From Squalus acanthias (lineage: Eukaryota): a stretch of DNA of 64,000 nucleotides. The stretch covers positions 111,974,001 to 112,038,000 of the forward strand of contig CM059431.1 in NCBI GenBank assembly GCA_030390025.1, in the 5' to 3' direction. Numbering within the stretch: position 1 is the stretch's first letter; each line of letters begins with the position of its first letter. This document shows positions 39,537 through 51,712 of the stretch, one piece after another. Both the position numbers and the translations under genes were made by a program. The notes below the pieces were generated by a model. It had not been told where the DNA came from and did not search any database. It worked only from the letters and a program-made list of their open reading frames with translations.

Positions 39537-39812
39537 CCTCAGCTCCAATCACATTTATATTTTATTTTATCCACCCTTTTATTTGTCCCCCCCACCTTTT
39601 TTTTCCTCCTAGAAGCTGGCAGCTGTCCTTCATTCTGCCAGTAGATTTCACACTTCATTCAGCCTTAATCTGTCACATTAACACCACCTCTAGCCTTGCA
39701 TATCTCTTAATGTCTCTTAATGTCTCTTCATCTCCTCCTTTGTTCCTTTATCCCCTCCCCCTTTTCCCAGCTTTACCCTGGCCTTAAATCTATTTGATTT
39801 CCAGCTCTTCCC

Positions 39813-39849
39813 AGTTCTGATGAAAGGTCATCGACCTGAAACGTCAACT
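39813..39849 (+). ncRNA. Minimal type-I hammerhead ribozyme motif in the Penelope pLTR
   Basis: AGUU-CUGAUGA-A-AGGUC auc GACCU-GAAAC-GUC-AACU. Both core boxes, a 5-bp stem II, a self-complementary ACGU stem III and a 4-bp stem I are present. Predicted cut after C39845. Confidence 0.82.
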
Positions 39850-41345
39850 CTCTTTCTCTCTCCACGGATGCTGCCTGGCCTGCTGAGTTTTTCCAGCGTT
39901 TTCTGTTGTTATTAAAGCAGGCCTTATGCCTGCTTTTACCAGGCGTAAGATTTTTAAGGGATTTCAGCGGGCGGAGGTTCTGCAGAAAGCGAAACCCCCC
40001 CCCCCAAGCCGAGGCCCTTCTCTAGGGCAGGCGTCCGATCTGTCAAGAGCATTCTTGACATCGGAAATGCTGGTTTTCAGCGCATGCGCTTCGCATGTCT
40101 GAAACTGGCATTTCCGATGTCCCTACGGGTGTGTACACCGCTCGTACACACCCGTAGGCATCGGAAAATATGGGCCACTGTTTCCATGTTAGATGGGCTA
40201 AGGACTTTGAATGATTTCCCCAGTTCTTTCTGCCCTCTTAGATATAGTTGTGCTTCTTTCCCTCCCACCTGATTTCCAAACTGGTTGGTAGAGTGTTGTG
40301 ATCTGAGGTCTCTGGTAGAATTGATGTGCACGTCACTGAAATGGTGGCCACCACATGAGCCATCTTGTTGAGCAGCTATACTGAGAGTACCAAAAATTGA
40401 AACACTGCTACCTTGCATTTAGACATGCAGTTTTGCAGGGTTGTATTATGCACAAACAATGATAACTCAAGCAGGCTTTTCTGCTTTCTAGAGATGCTAC
40501 TGGTGTATGAGGTAAGGAGAATAAAATTTAAAGATGTTTACCTTTTAGGTGCAGCCTTCATTCTTTTGAATTCATCACCATATTTCTAATACTCCTCCCA
40601 TCTGAGCCTGTTGGATTGAAGTATCTCTGAGGTATGTGTGATGGTTTCCCCTCCCGGTAACAAATGTTACCAACGGTTGGGATCTATCAACAAAGCAAGT
40701 ATTCTGAATTGCAATGACCAAAGTTTAATTTTGTCATATGTTACCAAGCTATACAGACCAGAAGGTTTCAATCCTGGTCTGTGCTACGTTAATTGATCTC
40801 ACCCTGGGCAGTGACTTGGGAGGTTACTATTGGCTTCAATTCTGTGGGAGTGCCTTCACCACACTGACAACAGCGGTTCAAGAAGACGGCTCGCCACCAC
40901 CTTCTCGAGGGCAATTAGGGATGGGCAGTAAATGCTGGCCTTGCCAGCGACGCCCTCATCCCATGTATGAATTTAAAAAAAAAATACTCCTGGGCTAAGA
41001 AAATGAAAAATCAGCCACAGTTCCTGTTCCTGATTGCTAATCACTGACCTCTCATGATATCTTGGTTTTTCACGTGAGGAATGAGTGAGGTTACTGCAGG
41101 GTTACGGGTGTCTAGAACAATGTCTGGAGAGATGAGGGGTGGTGGTTGTGGGGAGATATTACAGAACTTGTTTATTAAAACATTGGGTTACAATTGGACA
41201 AGATTATTGCACACTGCTGTATCCCAGTTAGTTTCTAGCTATCTTAATATCACTTACGAGGTTTTTAATTAAAATCAGTTTTGCCACTTGCCATGGTGGG
41301 ATTTGAACTTATGACCTCCTGGGTTACTAGTTCACGAGGACACCG

Positions 41346-41424
41346 GTAGTCAGCAGGAAATGAACCTGGGCGGGAAACCCAATGGATTTCTAGCCCATCA
41401 CTTTAACCACTCGGCCATAACTAC
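41346..41424 (-). pseudogene. tRNA-Ser(AGA) pseudogene
   Basis: The - strand reads GTAGTTATGGCCGAGTGGTTAAAGTGATGGGCTAGAAATCCATTGGGTTTCCCGCCCAGGTTCATTTCCTGCTGACTAC. This is colinear with vertebrate tRNA-Ser-AGA including the variable arm, but shows CpG decay and a broken T loop/B box. Confidence 0.8.
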
Positions 41425-42564
41425 CAGACAAACCAATTATTGGCTGCTCGATCAATTACATCCCTGGGTGGCTGTAACAGCCGAATGCGCTAAGGCAATT
41501 CCTACAATACTTGCTCATTCATTTTTCTTTGCTCTTTTCCAGTAACGTTACTTTGGCACTTTTAATAATCAGGCGGATTTCACACACTTTGTATGGGTTA
41601 GTGCTTGAAGTGCGCTTGGTACACATGTTCCTCCCAAGTCCTTTTAAAATCCTCATCTGATAAAATGGTTACCTATTCTAGTCTTGGAGTTGTCAATGAC
41701 CACAAACAAATACCTATTCCAACCATCCACATGTTAAGCAAATCCTTGCTCCCACTTTTCCAGTATCAAAGAGCTGTCTTAAGTAGCCCGGTAACTATTA
41801 ATCCCTTGAGAGTGGCCAATCTTGGCCCTTCTGAACCTAAGATTATTGCATTCTGGCACTTAAGTGGCAGAAAATATTATCCAATTTGGCTTTTCAAGTG
41901 TTGTTTTTCACTTCTCTTCAGCCTTAGATTCTGGTAGCATCCTCCACTGGTCACCTCTCATAGTTAATCTACTAATAGCCTCGGAAGTATCCTTAGTTTC
42001 TGGAGACCATTCTTTTGTTATTTCCAGAACCATAGTTGTTTGCTAGTAAGAATCCAGGAGTACCTACCTTAAGCTAAATTTCAGGATAAATTACCATCTT
42101 CAGGGGAAGAAAACTGAAAGGGGAAACTTTTTTTAAAATTTGAAATCCGAGATTAAAGTTGCTTTTTAGGCGTGAATGCTAAGAACATAATTGAGAGAAT
42201 GTCATTGGAGCGCATACTAAGCTCAACAATGTGTGAGCACCAAATTATCTGTAGCTGAAATTTAAAGCACCTTATTTAATATTGTTTCCTTAGTTCACAT
42301 GTACTGTTTGGAATTGGTAAATCCTCCTACCCACTGTACTTGTTACTAGAGAAATTGTTGAAATAATATCCAAAAAAAAGTTCATTATCCCTGATATTAC
42401 TGGGATAGAACAAAATGTTTAAACTAATCCTAATTTTTTAGCTGCCTTGGGATATGAAAGATTACCTGGTGAGGGATGTTGGTGCTGGGGAATGGAACAC
42501 CTTCTGCTTGAGGCACCCAATCTAAATTAAGCTCTCAGGTCAGGTATAGATGTAACAGTTTTTT

Positions 42565-43055
42565 TTAAATATTTATGGGATGTGGGCGTCGCTGGCAAGG
42601 CCAGCATTTCTTGCTCATCCCTAATTGCCCTCGAAGGTGGTGGTGAGCCGCCTTCTTGAACCGCTGCAGTCCGTGTGGTGAAGGTACTCCCACAGTGCTG
42701 TTAGGGAGGGAGTTCCAGGATTTTGACCCAGCGACGATGAAGGAACGGCGATATATTTCTAAGTCAGGATGGTGTGTGACTTGGAGGGGAACTTGGAGGT
42801 GGTGGTGTTCCCATGCGCCTGCTGCCCTTGTCCTTCTAGGTGGTAGAGGTTGCAGGTTTGGGAGGTGATGCTGAAGAAGCCTTGGCAAGTTGCTGCGGTG
42901 CATCTTGTAGATGGTGCACACTGCAGCCACGGTGCGGCGGTGGTGGAGGGAGTGAATGTTTAAGATGGTGGATGGGATGTCAATCAAGCGGGCTGCTTTG
43001 TCCTGGATGGTGTTGAGCTTCTTGAGTGTTGTTGGAGCTGCACTCATCCAGGCAT
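42565..43055 (-). mobile_element. 3' end of a further CR1-group LINE family
   Basis: AWMSAAPTTLKKLNTIQDKAARLI..SLHHRR..SWNSLP. Other 3' ends at about 8970-9293 (+), 21570-21700 (-) and 40843-40985 (+). A probable internal piece lies at about 44165-44725 (-). Confidence 0.8.
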
Positions 43056-44545
43056 TTATGTGAGGACATACAGTGCCAAGGTGGGCTTGAGCTCTGGCCC
43101 AACCTATTCTCCATGTGCTGAGGTCCAAGCTTCTGTTTCCCTTTGGGTAAAGAATTGGAAGGGTGGTTTGTCACTGTTGGACACCTTTTAGAGATGACTG
43201 TTTTCTGGGTGAGGAACCTACACTAAAGAAAATGCCTGACGAAACAAACAAAAACCTAACCAATTCCTTAATATGAGCATAAGTGTAAAAGTTTGTATTA
43301 ACCTTTTGAATATTCGCCAACACCACCAATGCAAAACTATCTTGATCTTCAATCCTAATATTTTTTCTTGTATTCCCTATTGGTGATCATTCTAAGTAGA
43401 ATTTTCAATATCTACAAACTGAAGGATTACAGGAGCAAATACCTTGAAGGCATTGGGGAAGAACACAATTCGTAACTTGCCACATGCTGACTTTACAGCA
43501 AAGAGGGACACGTTAAAATGAACTTAATCATATCCTTTGGCCAAAATGTTTCGAGGCAATTGAACATTCCGTGTTCTCCATATTAGTTTTGCACTATGGG
43601 CATTGCAGGCATTTTACCAAGGACTACTGAACCAGTTCTGGAGAAAGAATATCAGTGCAGTAACTAAAATATTGAAGTAAAATTACAATAAATGTGTGCT
43701 TTTTTGTTTTATTTGAGTCATTGTGGTTTGGAACATATTCACTTGGTCCTAAATAGAATTTTTTGGCATTGAGAATAAAGTTCCAGCCTCCACTCAGCTC
43801 ATTCATTAAATGAAGCAGTCATGTAAAGAAGATTTTTTTTTTTCTTTCCCTTTCAGTAGATTACAAAGTTGTAATGTGCAGGCTTGAATGTCTTGATTAG
43901 ATAAGTATGGCATTAAAGGATGAAATATAACTTCTGAGAAATTAAATGAATTCTAGAAATGATTGCATGTCGTTAAGCTGGAGCAGGGGGAGAATAGAAC
44001 TGCTGATATAAAGCAACACTTTCCCTTTCTTCTCCTGTTCTCTTTTCTTTCCTGTAATATCAGTGCTGCATAATTATATTCAAAAAGTCGGAAAGAATCT
44101 GTGAATCTGGCAAAATTGGTGTGAGGTTGGGTTGTGCTTTACTGATCATTAGGAGCTTTTTACTACAGGGTATTATCTTTCAGGACGGCTATTCTATATT
44201 CACTTTTCCTCTCGTTAGTTGCGTAATAGCCCACCACCATTTACGACTGGATGTGGCAGGACTGCAGAGCTTTGATCTGATCCGTTGGTTGTGGGGTCGC
44301 TTGGCTCTGTCTACAGCGTGCTGTTTCCGCTGTTTAGCATGCATGTAGTCCTGTGTTCTAGCTTCACCAGGTTGGCACCTCATTTTCAGGTACACCTGGT
44401 GCTGCTCCTGGCATGGTTTTTTCTCCACTTCTTATTGAACCAGTGCTTGATGGTAATGGTAGAGTGATATATGCTGAGCCATGAGGTGTTAGATTGTGGT
44501 GGAATACAATTCTGTTGCTACTGATGGCCCACAGCGCCTCATGGA

Positions 44546-44712
44546 CAATGTTCCCATTAAGCTGCGTGGCCGTGCAGCAGTCTGGTGTTCCTGTGCAGCC
44601 AGCTCACGGCTTTTAAATGGAAAAATCACGCATGCACGGAAATTTGAATGGGCTGCGCAGCCTGTTAAAGGGGCTGCACACCTTTTATAAAAAAAAATGA
44701 AAGGGAACATTG
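44546..44712. mobile_element. 167-bp hAT MITE
   Basis: TIR CAATGTTCCC/GGGAACATTG. Perfect 8-bp TSD CTCATGGA at 44538-44545 and 44713-44720. Inserted in a LINE fragment. Confidence 0.88.
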
Positions 44713-44829
44713 CTCATGGATGCCCGGTTTAGGGACTGCAATAAAATGTTTTTTTTTAAATGTTGCAACCTAAATTGAAAACTGGGGAGGGGTCTCAAAG
44801 TTAAGCACCCAACAGCGCCTCAGTTGTCT

Positions 44830-45283
44830 GCTGTGACTAAGTTGGTAGCATTCTCGCCTGAGTCAGAAGTGGTGGGTTCAAGTCCCGCTCCAAAGACTCG
44901 AGCATAAAATCTAGGTTGACCCTCCCAGTGCAGTGCTGAGGGAGTGCTGCACTGTCTGAGGTGCCGTCTTTCAGACAAGACGTTAAACCGAGGCCCGTCT
45001 GACCCCTTGGGTGGATGTAAAAGATCCAGTGGCACTATTTCGAAGAGGAGCAGGGAAAGTTCTCCCTGGTGTCCTGGCCAACATTTACCCCTCAACCAGC
45101 ATTACTTAATCAGATTATCTGGTCATTATCACATTGCTGCTTGTGGGACCTTGCTGTGCACAAATTGGCTGCCGCGTTTCCCACATTACAACAGTGACTC
45201 CACTTCAACAAGTTGGCTGAACAGCACTTTGGGACATCTTGAAGTCGTGAAATGCGCTATATAAATGCAACTCTTTTTTCTTT
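44830..45283 (+). mobile_element. Deu-domain SINE (more diverged)
   Basis: Colinear with the family. Tail-only fragments also occur at about 36400-36506 and 53290-53395. Confidence 0.82.
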
Positions 45284-46074
45284 CAATTGGAGATAAGTAA
45301 AATCAATAGAAAACTGTGATGTGCAACACAGACTAACAAGTTTCATAACAAAAATGCATGCAGATACAAAATAATCTCGAAATAACAGCCCTTTGTTCCA
45401 GATGCAAATCAACCTTTTAAAAAATAAAAGCCAGTAAGCTTTTGACGTGAAGCTTGAAATTTGCAAGCACCCTTTCCAAACTGCGAAATTTCCTGATGAA
45501 ACAACAATTAAACTCTGACATCAACTTGTGTCTACTTCACAGCAATTTGAAATCTGGGGTCACAACTCCACCTCCGCAACAGAACAAGTTGTGGTATAAA
45601 AAGAACACCTCACCTGACATGCCATGGGAAATCCATTGGTAAATCGAGGTTTCTGAGATATATCGGTTGCACTTCAGATGCTCCCGATGCAAATTGCAGT
45701 CATGCTAAAGAGAAAGAAAACTAGCCATTTCCAACGTACAGAGAAACTTCCCCACCAACAGACAATACACTCCAATTGAGTTCAGGCGTCACACTTAAAG
45801 CCACTTTTTCAGAACATGTACCAGTCTAATGGTGTTGCAGATTTGAGAAGCAATTGGCCTCGAACTGACCTGAAAAATACATAGAAATAACATTTTGTGA
45901 CATTAAGGGACACAAGTTCCAGCTGCCATTTAATAGCAGAATATTTGCATATTACTTGTTCCAATACTCGCCTTTAAAACAGCACATCCTCAGACAGTGG
46001 TGCTGCAGTAGACCTGTTAGTACATGTTAAAAGGTTTCATTTGTTACGGCCCTTCTCGTTCTGCTTATCCTTTC

Positions 46075-47480
46075 AATCCAACTTGGATATGGGAGTGGTG
46101 CCAGAGGACTGGAGGGTTGCAAGTGTTACACCCCAGTTCAAAAAAAGGGGCGAGGAATAAACCCGGTAACTACAAGCCTGTCCGCCTAACTATCAGGTGG
46201 GAGAACTTTTAGAGACCATAATCCGGGACGACATTAATTTTCCACTTGGAAAAACACGGGTTAATAAATGACAGCCAGCAAGGATTTGTTAAAGGCAAAT
46301 CGTATCTGACAAACTTGATTGAGGGTAGGGCTGTTGATGTGTATCTGAATTTTCAAAAGGCGTTTGATGAAGTGCTGCATAATAGACTTGTTAGCAAAAT
46401 TGAAGCCCATGGGATTAAAGGGCAGTGGCAGCATGGATATGAAACTGGCCGAGAGAAAGCAGAGAGTAATGGAGAATGGTTGGTTGTTTTTCAGACGGGG
46501 TGGAGGGGGTGGGGGAAGTATGCAGTGATGTCCCCCAGGGGTCTTTATTTGGGCCACTGCTCTTTTTGATGTATATTCATGACCTGGACTTGGGTATAAA
46601 GGGTATAATTTCAAAGTTTGCAAATGACACAAAACTCAGAAATGTAGTAAACATTGAGCAGGATAGTAGCAGACTTCAGGAGGGCATGGACAGACTGGTG
46701 AAATGGGGAGACACATGGCAGGTGAAATTTAATGCATTTTGGAAGGAACAATGAGGAGAGGCAATATAAACTAAATGGTACAATTTTAAAGGGCATGCAG
46801 GAACAGAGGGACCTGGGGGTGAGTGTACCCACATCTTTGAAGGTGGTAGAACAAGTTGGTGAAGCTGTTATAAAAACATACGGGCTCCTGGGCTTTATAA
46901 ATAGAGGCGTAGAGTACAAAAGCAAGGAAGTTATGCTAAACCTTTATAAATCACTGGTTAGGCTTCTGTGGGCACCATACTTTAAGGAGGATGTGAAGGC
47001 CTTGTAGAGGCTGCATAGGAGATTTACTGGATCGGTACCAGGGATGAGGGATGTCAGTTATGTGGAGAGACTAGAGAAACTGGGATTATTCTCCTCCGAG
47101 CAGTGAAGGTTAAGGGGAGATTTAATAGAGGTGTTCCAAATAATGAAGGGTCTTGATAGAGTAAATAAGGAGAAACTGTTTCCACTGGCAGGAGGGTCGG
47201 TAGCCAGAGGAGACAGATTTAAGATAATTGGCAATAACCAGAGAGGAGATTTTTTTTTTATGCAGAGAAATGTTCTGATCCGGATTGCACTGCCTGAAAG
47301 GGCGGTGGAAGCAGATTCAATAGTAACTTTCAAAGGGAATTGGATAAATACTTGCAATGGAAAAATTTACAGGGCTATGGGGAAAGAGCAGGGGGGTGGG
47401 ACTACTTGCATTGCTGTTTCCAAGAACCGGCACAGCCACGATGGGCTGAATGGCCTCCTTCTATGTTGTATGATTCGATG
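46075..47480 (+). mobile_element. CR1 LINE, RT region to 3' end, frameshifted
   Basis: PGNYKPVRLT, QQGFVKGKS.LTNL, VPQGSLFGPLLF and SKFAND motifs followed by a 3' UTR. Confidence 0.9.
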
Positions 47481-48589
47481 AACCTCCAACTCCTGTTTGA
47501 ATTACTTGGATATTTCATTCTGAAAATGCTCTTCTCTCTAAGTATGACAAACTCTGTGGCTGTCTCTCTTAATAACTGCACATTATATGCATTGAGGGAC
47601 TGGGGGAAAGATAATGTTTCTATTTGCAAGGCTACAAACACTAGAAAATGGCATTATGCCCAATACTGAAAAGGTCAAATGGTCACACGACCAAAATAAA
47701 AATGATCATACAAGCAGTATGACTGGGTGATAATCTGGCAGCTGTTGGATTCAAAGATATCTGCTATCAGGCTCCCGCACCACAGTTACCTGAGATAAAA
47801 ACAAAATGCTGGAAATGAACAACAGGTGTATCAACATTAAAAAAAAAGATAAAAGGCAGGTTCACCTTTTAGGTAGAGAGGAGACCCTTCGATAGAACTC
47901 TGAATTTTCTGTTACCTGTTATCTTTTTCTTTTTGCACCATGTTCCACTGCCGGCTTTAAGTACTCCATTGGACGACAACAATCGGAAGAATGATGAAGA
48001 TAAATAATCATAAACACAGTGATAAATTGTAACCTCAGCTCTTCATTAATTAACCTATTAATGTGGTTCCCCGGCTTTCTTCTCAATCTCCGATTTAAAG
48101 GATTATTGAGAAATGTTTATGCAAAGCTACCGCATACATTCAGAACCGCGCTCTACCAGCACGGTGGAATTTGGATTGAGCTAAATTGTGTTCAGTGTTT
48201 TTTGCTAATTAAGCTGTTGCTTGTATTAAACTGATTTTAAGTAGTTCAGCCTTTAATCACAAACTTTGACCTGTGATAACTTAAGACTACTAAAGGAAAA
48301 AATTCAACCAAAAGTGACATTCCAATAAGTTCATGTGGCAAGGTCCTGAAAGGACAAATTACAATAATTGTGGAACACAAAACAGGAAATTGCATGATTT
48401 TCAGGTAACCGTATAGTCCTTATACAGGGAAAAGGCCAATTTGAAGGACAGCTCATCTAATTTAAACTTGCCAATGACCTAGTTCACGCACCATTAAAAA
48501 CTAAAATAATTTATTTCTATGTGAATGTGACTTGGAAGGATCAGATTCAATTCTGTTCTGTTCCTAGAACCTGAGTCGTTAAGTAAATA

Positions 48590-49460
48590 CTTTTGAAATG
48601 GTGGAGATGAGCCGCAATGTCCTCCAAGGGAACATTAGGAAGACTGAGTCCATTGTCTTCAGCCCTGGCACAAACTCCCATACGTTTGCCACCGACTCCT
48701 CTTCCCTCTTCCCTCGCCACTGCCTCTGGCTGAACCAAACTATTTGCAACCTCAGCACCCTGTTTGATCTTGAGCTGAGTTTCAAATACTATATCCTCTC
48801 CTTCACAATAATGACTGCTTCCACCTCCAACAACACCCACCTCTGCCCACTACCTCAGACCATCTGCAACTTGAAGCCCTTATTCATGCTTTTATCACCT
48901 TCCGATTTTATTACTTTAAACCTCTCCTTTCTGGCCTCCTATCTTTCACTCTTGCTCCAGCTCATTCAAAATTCTGCTGACCACATCCTATCCTACACCA
49001 AGTCCTGCTCTCACATCATCTCTGTCCTTGCTGGCCGACATTGGCTCCTGGTCCTCCGACATCTCCGATTTAAAATTCTCATTCTTGTATTAAGTCCCTC
49101 CATGACCTTGCTTATCCTCCTTATCTGCAGTCTCCTCCAGCCCTATCACCCCTCAGCAGGAACACTCTGTTCCTCTGACTCTGGCCTCTAGTGCATCCCT
49201 CTCAGCCCTTTGCCCCACCATTGGTGGCTGTGCTTCAAGCTGCCCAAGGACCCATGCTCTGGAATTCCCTTCCTCAGCCTTTTCACCTTCGCCATTTCCT
49301 TTAAGACACTCCTTTAAAATCCACTGCTTTTAGCAAGCTTTTGGTTACTCCTAATCTTTCTTTCTTTGGCTCTGCCTCCATTTTTTTCTTGCACCTCTGT
49401 GCCATGCCTTGGGATGGTATCTTATTCTAAAGACGCTGTTTAAATACAAGCTGCAGTTGT
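48590..49460 (+). mobile_element. Decayed L2 3' fragment
   Basis: Similar to 25390-26229 (NI.KTE.IVF, HWLLV..FKILIL). Confidence 0.8.
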
Positions 49461-49920
49461 AAAAATAACTTCTGCTGGTTCATTGCCTAAGGTCACAGAT
49501 GTACTTATAAAAAAAAAAGTAATTGACAAGTGAAAGGCCACTACCAAGGTTGAAAAGATTAGGCAACATCAAACTTGGATTTATTAGGAGGAAGGAAAAA
49601 CTGAGATGGGGGTTCTGTTAACTGTGTTCCTGAGAGAGAATGTGTTGATTAGGAGACAGTGCAATAAATCTTGATTTAAATAAGGTGAGGAAGGAGAGTG
49701 GAGGGTCGTGTATTTGGAGCCTAGCAACAATGAGAAGAAAGCTTAGAGGAAATCTGACCATAATTGTACTGATTTAAAGTGGCGATAAGAAAGGTTGGAG
49801 TGGGGGATGGGAAAGACTTGCCTATCTAATGAGTTTTTTCTTGTATCCTCTTCAGGACTGAAGTGCTAGAGCCTCCCCAAATGTAGGAGCTGTTACAGTT
49901 ACCAAGTGGAAGGACTTTTT

Positions 49921-49955
49921 GGGGGAGGGGGGTGGGGGGGGGGGGGGGGGTGGGG
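49921..49955 (+). repeat. G-rich run (G-quadruplex-capable)
   Basis: G tracts separated by single A/T. A poly-C run also lies at 28508-28532. Confidence 0.7.
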
Positions 49956-51712
49956 TGATTATAGAGTGTTAAAGGAGGCGAGAAGTGTTAGGCTTGAAAA
50001 AGGAATTGGAGTTTCTTGAAGGTGGTTTTAAGAACATAAGAAATAGGAGGAGCAGGTCTAGGCCACTTGGCCCTCGAGCCTGCTCCACCGTTCAATAAGA
50101 TCATGGCTGATCTTGGGCTCAAAGCCACTTCCCTGCCCGCCCCCCATAACCCTTCACTCCCTTATCTTGCAATAGAGAAGATGTGGGAGTTCTGTTTGAG
50201 GTCTGAAGAGATGTTGAGCTTGAGAATGTTCATTGGGTGAAAAGCAATCAAAGATTAGAGATATTTGGTAGTAGATTTTGGCAAGACTTGCAAGAAATGA
50301 GAGATCCTCTTTGAGGGATGATCAAGTTCATCAAAAGGGTATAGTAAGTCCCTAATTTTTGTTGCTTAAAACATTAGGCATTGAAAAGATTGAGCAGCCC
50401 CAATATAGAATGTATTTTCTTATGCAAGCTAACTTGCTGGGACATCTACTAATTTATCTCTATTTTGTATACAATTTGTTTTTTGTTTTTTTGCACCTAA
50501 TTTTATTTTTCCTTTTTAAATTTCCGGTCAGCTACTATTTCTCATGTGAGCTCCTTTTAGTCACTTAACCTTTCACCTCATCTGATTTTTTTCCTTCAGT
50601 TGGTCCTGTCATTAAAATGATTCCAAAGTACAAGTATCTTACACTCACTTAACTGACAATCGGGGGTGTGGCTGGTTTAAAATTAACTTGTCTGGCAGAG
50701 GTACTTTATTAGTGCTGGTTTCAGAGATTCAACAATGAGGTAATCAAAATTAATTGTATTAGAGCGCATTAAGAATCGTGTACAGTTTAGAAAGGTTAAA
50801 TGGTCTTGTGTTACTGGACTCAAAAATGAATGGACTGCAATGGAGCAAGAGTCCTTGTACATCCTTTTTGCAATGTAGCACAAAGATATGGATGCAGAAA
50901 ATACCTTTTCATGTCTTCAGGATCTCCTGAAGTGCATCGCAGTCAATGAATTACTTTCTTGACGTGTACTGTAGCTTTTTTTTCCCTATCTGGCCAGGGC
51001 ATGTGCAATGCAAACCTGAGTGCGCAAAGAGGGCGTGTTCCATCTTCCACCTGGATGAGAACAAAAAATACCCCACCTTTTTGTGCAAGAGCTTTGTTTT
51101 TGTTTAGACAGGATGATTAAATTGCTGTATTGCCTTCAGATTTCTGATAGCAGCATAAAAGGAGGCTGCATAGTGGCACCTAACATTATAAACTGGGTAT
51201 CCTGAGTGAAGGGAATATCAATAACTGATGGGAGTTTGGTACAAAGGTCATCTATACATGTGGAATAAGCTGGGTATCCCACTGGCATTATATGTTTGCG
51301 TGCGTATGCACGTCAAAATATCTGGTTACATTTATTTTCATTTGAAGTGTAGTTGGTCCAATATAATTTAGAAACCAGTGTTGAACGGAATCCTCATTGA
51401 ATAAAATGAGTTTTCTCTTGTTCTCAATTGTTGTTTATTTATACATCAGGTACGATAGCTTTATTTAAAATTGATCATGTTTTGATTTGTTTGTCACAAG
51501 AATGTTGCTTCTAAGGTTGCAGATTTAATTTCGAATGAGTAAAGTACTAAACTGTTTTTTTTTCACCAATGCAGTTTTCATAAGTGAGTGATGAAGCTAA
51601 TGTGAATATTAGCAGCTCCAGGCATCAGTACATACAACAGTTTACCATATATCAGATTTTTCTGCTGCGTGGAAAGAGACGTTGCACTTGCTCATTCAGT
51701 TCTATACCACAG

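Larger units (their letters stand above)
37781..39913 (+). mobile_element. Young 5'-truncated Penelope-like retroelement (Neptune-type) with an inverted pseudo-LTR
   Basis: Inverted arms at 37816-38566 and 39163-39913 (751 bp each) around a 596-bp spacer. A 35-nt tail occupies 37781-37815. The 14-bp TSD AAAGCAGGCCTTAT lies at 37767-37780 and 39914-39927. Contains a GIY-YIG ORF. Confidence 0.93.
37287..40176. mobile_element. GC-rich non-autonomous TIR element (PIF/Harbinger-like MITE) hosting the Penelope insertion
   Basis: Termini GGCCCGTAATTTCCGAT and the reverse complement of the right end GGCCCATATTTTCCGAT match 15/17. Flanks are gct/act. The superfamily call is an inference. Confidence 0.65.

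Noticed and set aside
41346..41424. Functional tRNA-Ser gene
   Set aside because: The T loop reads GGTTCATTTCC instead of GGTTCGAATCC, and several stem positions show decay.
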